Of a DNA stretch of 64,000 bases, positions 63,660 through 64,000 are shown one piece after another. The stretch is taken from contig MCFE01000042.1 in NCBI GenBank assembly GCA_002104905.1, positions 124,001 to 188,000 on the forward strand, written 5' to 3'. The position numbers and the translations under genes are program-made. The notes beneath the pieces are model-generated. The model did no database searches, had not been told where the DNA came from, and saw nothing but the letters and a program-made list of their open reading frames with translations. This DNA is from Basidiobolus meristosporus CBS 931.73. Taxonomy: Eukaryota; Fungi; Basidiobolomycota. Position 1 is the stretch's first letter. The number at the start of each line of letters is the position of its first letter.

Positions 63660-63728
63660 GCAGGGGGTCTGGGGGACGCAGTCCCCTAGAGAATAAAAAA
63701 GCAGGGGGTTTGGGGGATGCAATCCCCC
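63660..63728 (+). repeat. Two direct G-rich repeats (period 41), each ending in a GC-rich hairpin with a GCA triloop
   Basis: GCAGGGGGTCTGGGGGAC-GCA-GTCCCC and GCAGGGGGTTTGGGGGAT-GCA-ATCCCCC. Confidence 0.85.
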
Positions 63729-64000
63729 ATACTGCTCTTATACTCTTTAAATTCCCGTTGGATTACTTTTCTCTCATTCTTGGTTCTGGTCCCTTAGGGT
63801 TAGAATTCCTCCTCCTAACCCTTATCACCCTAACCATAAATATTTTTACCCTACAATTGGCACATTGTCTGCTCATATGGTGGGCATGTCTGGGCCAATA
63901 TTTGTCTCCCTATACTGTCCATATGCTCTGTATAAGTCTTGATGACTATTTAATTAATAAATTGTTATTTTTAATATATATCTAATAATTAATGGGATTC

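Overview
Eukaryotic (fungal) genomic DNA with short 50-70 nt GT-AG introns. Gene content and style suggest an early-diverging fungus, possibly Basidiobolus-like; this is an inference only. The left part is housekeeping: DBP2, midasin MDN1, RPS17 and an alpha-arrestin. The middle is accessory: a tandem pair of GPI-tailed pepsin-like aspartic proteases, a UIM+UBZ protein and a PHO84-type phosphate symporter. It also holds a candidate biosynthetic cluster (GFO/IDH/MocA oxidoreductase, FAD monooxygenase and a bacterial-type C-A-PCP-KS-AT-ACP-TE NRPS-PKS hybrid) and a stand-alone nitrate reductase. The right end holds a head-to-tail array of an APE-type non-LTR retrotransposon. Every copy's 3' end is fused to TTAG(G)n through an oligo-G/oligo-C junction instead of poly(A). 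Truncated 5' ends are capped with TTAGGG repeats, and ORF2 follows ORF1 in frame behind a single TGA-CTA with no usable ATG. This element and the NRPS-PKS cluster are the strongest novelty candidates. Seven apparent single-base frameshifts, one of them in essential MDN1, suggest indel errors in the assembly, so pseudogene calls are tentative.
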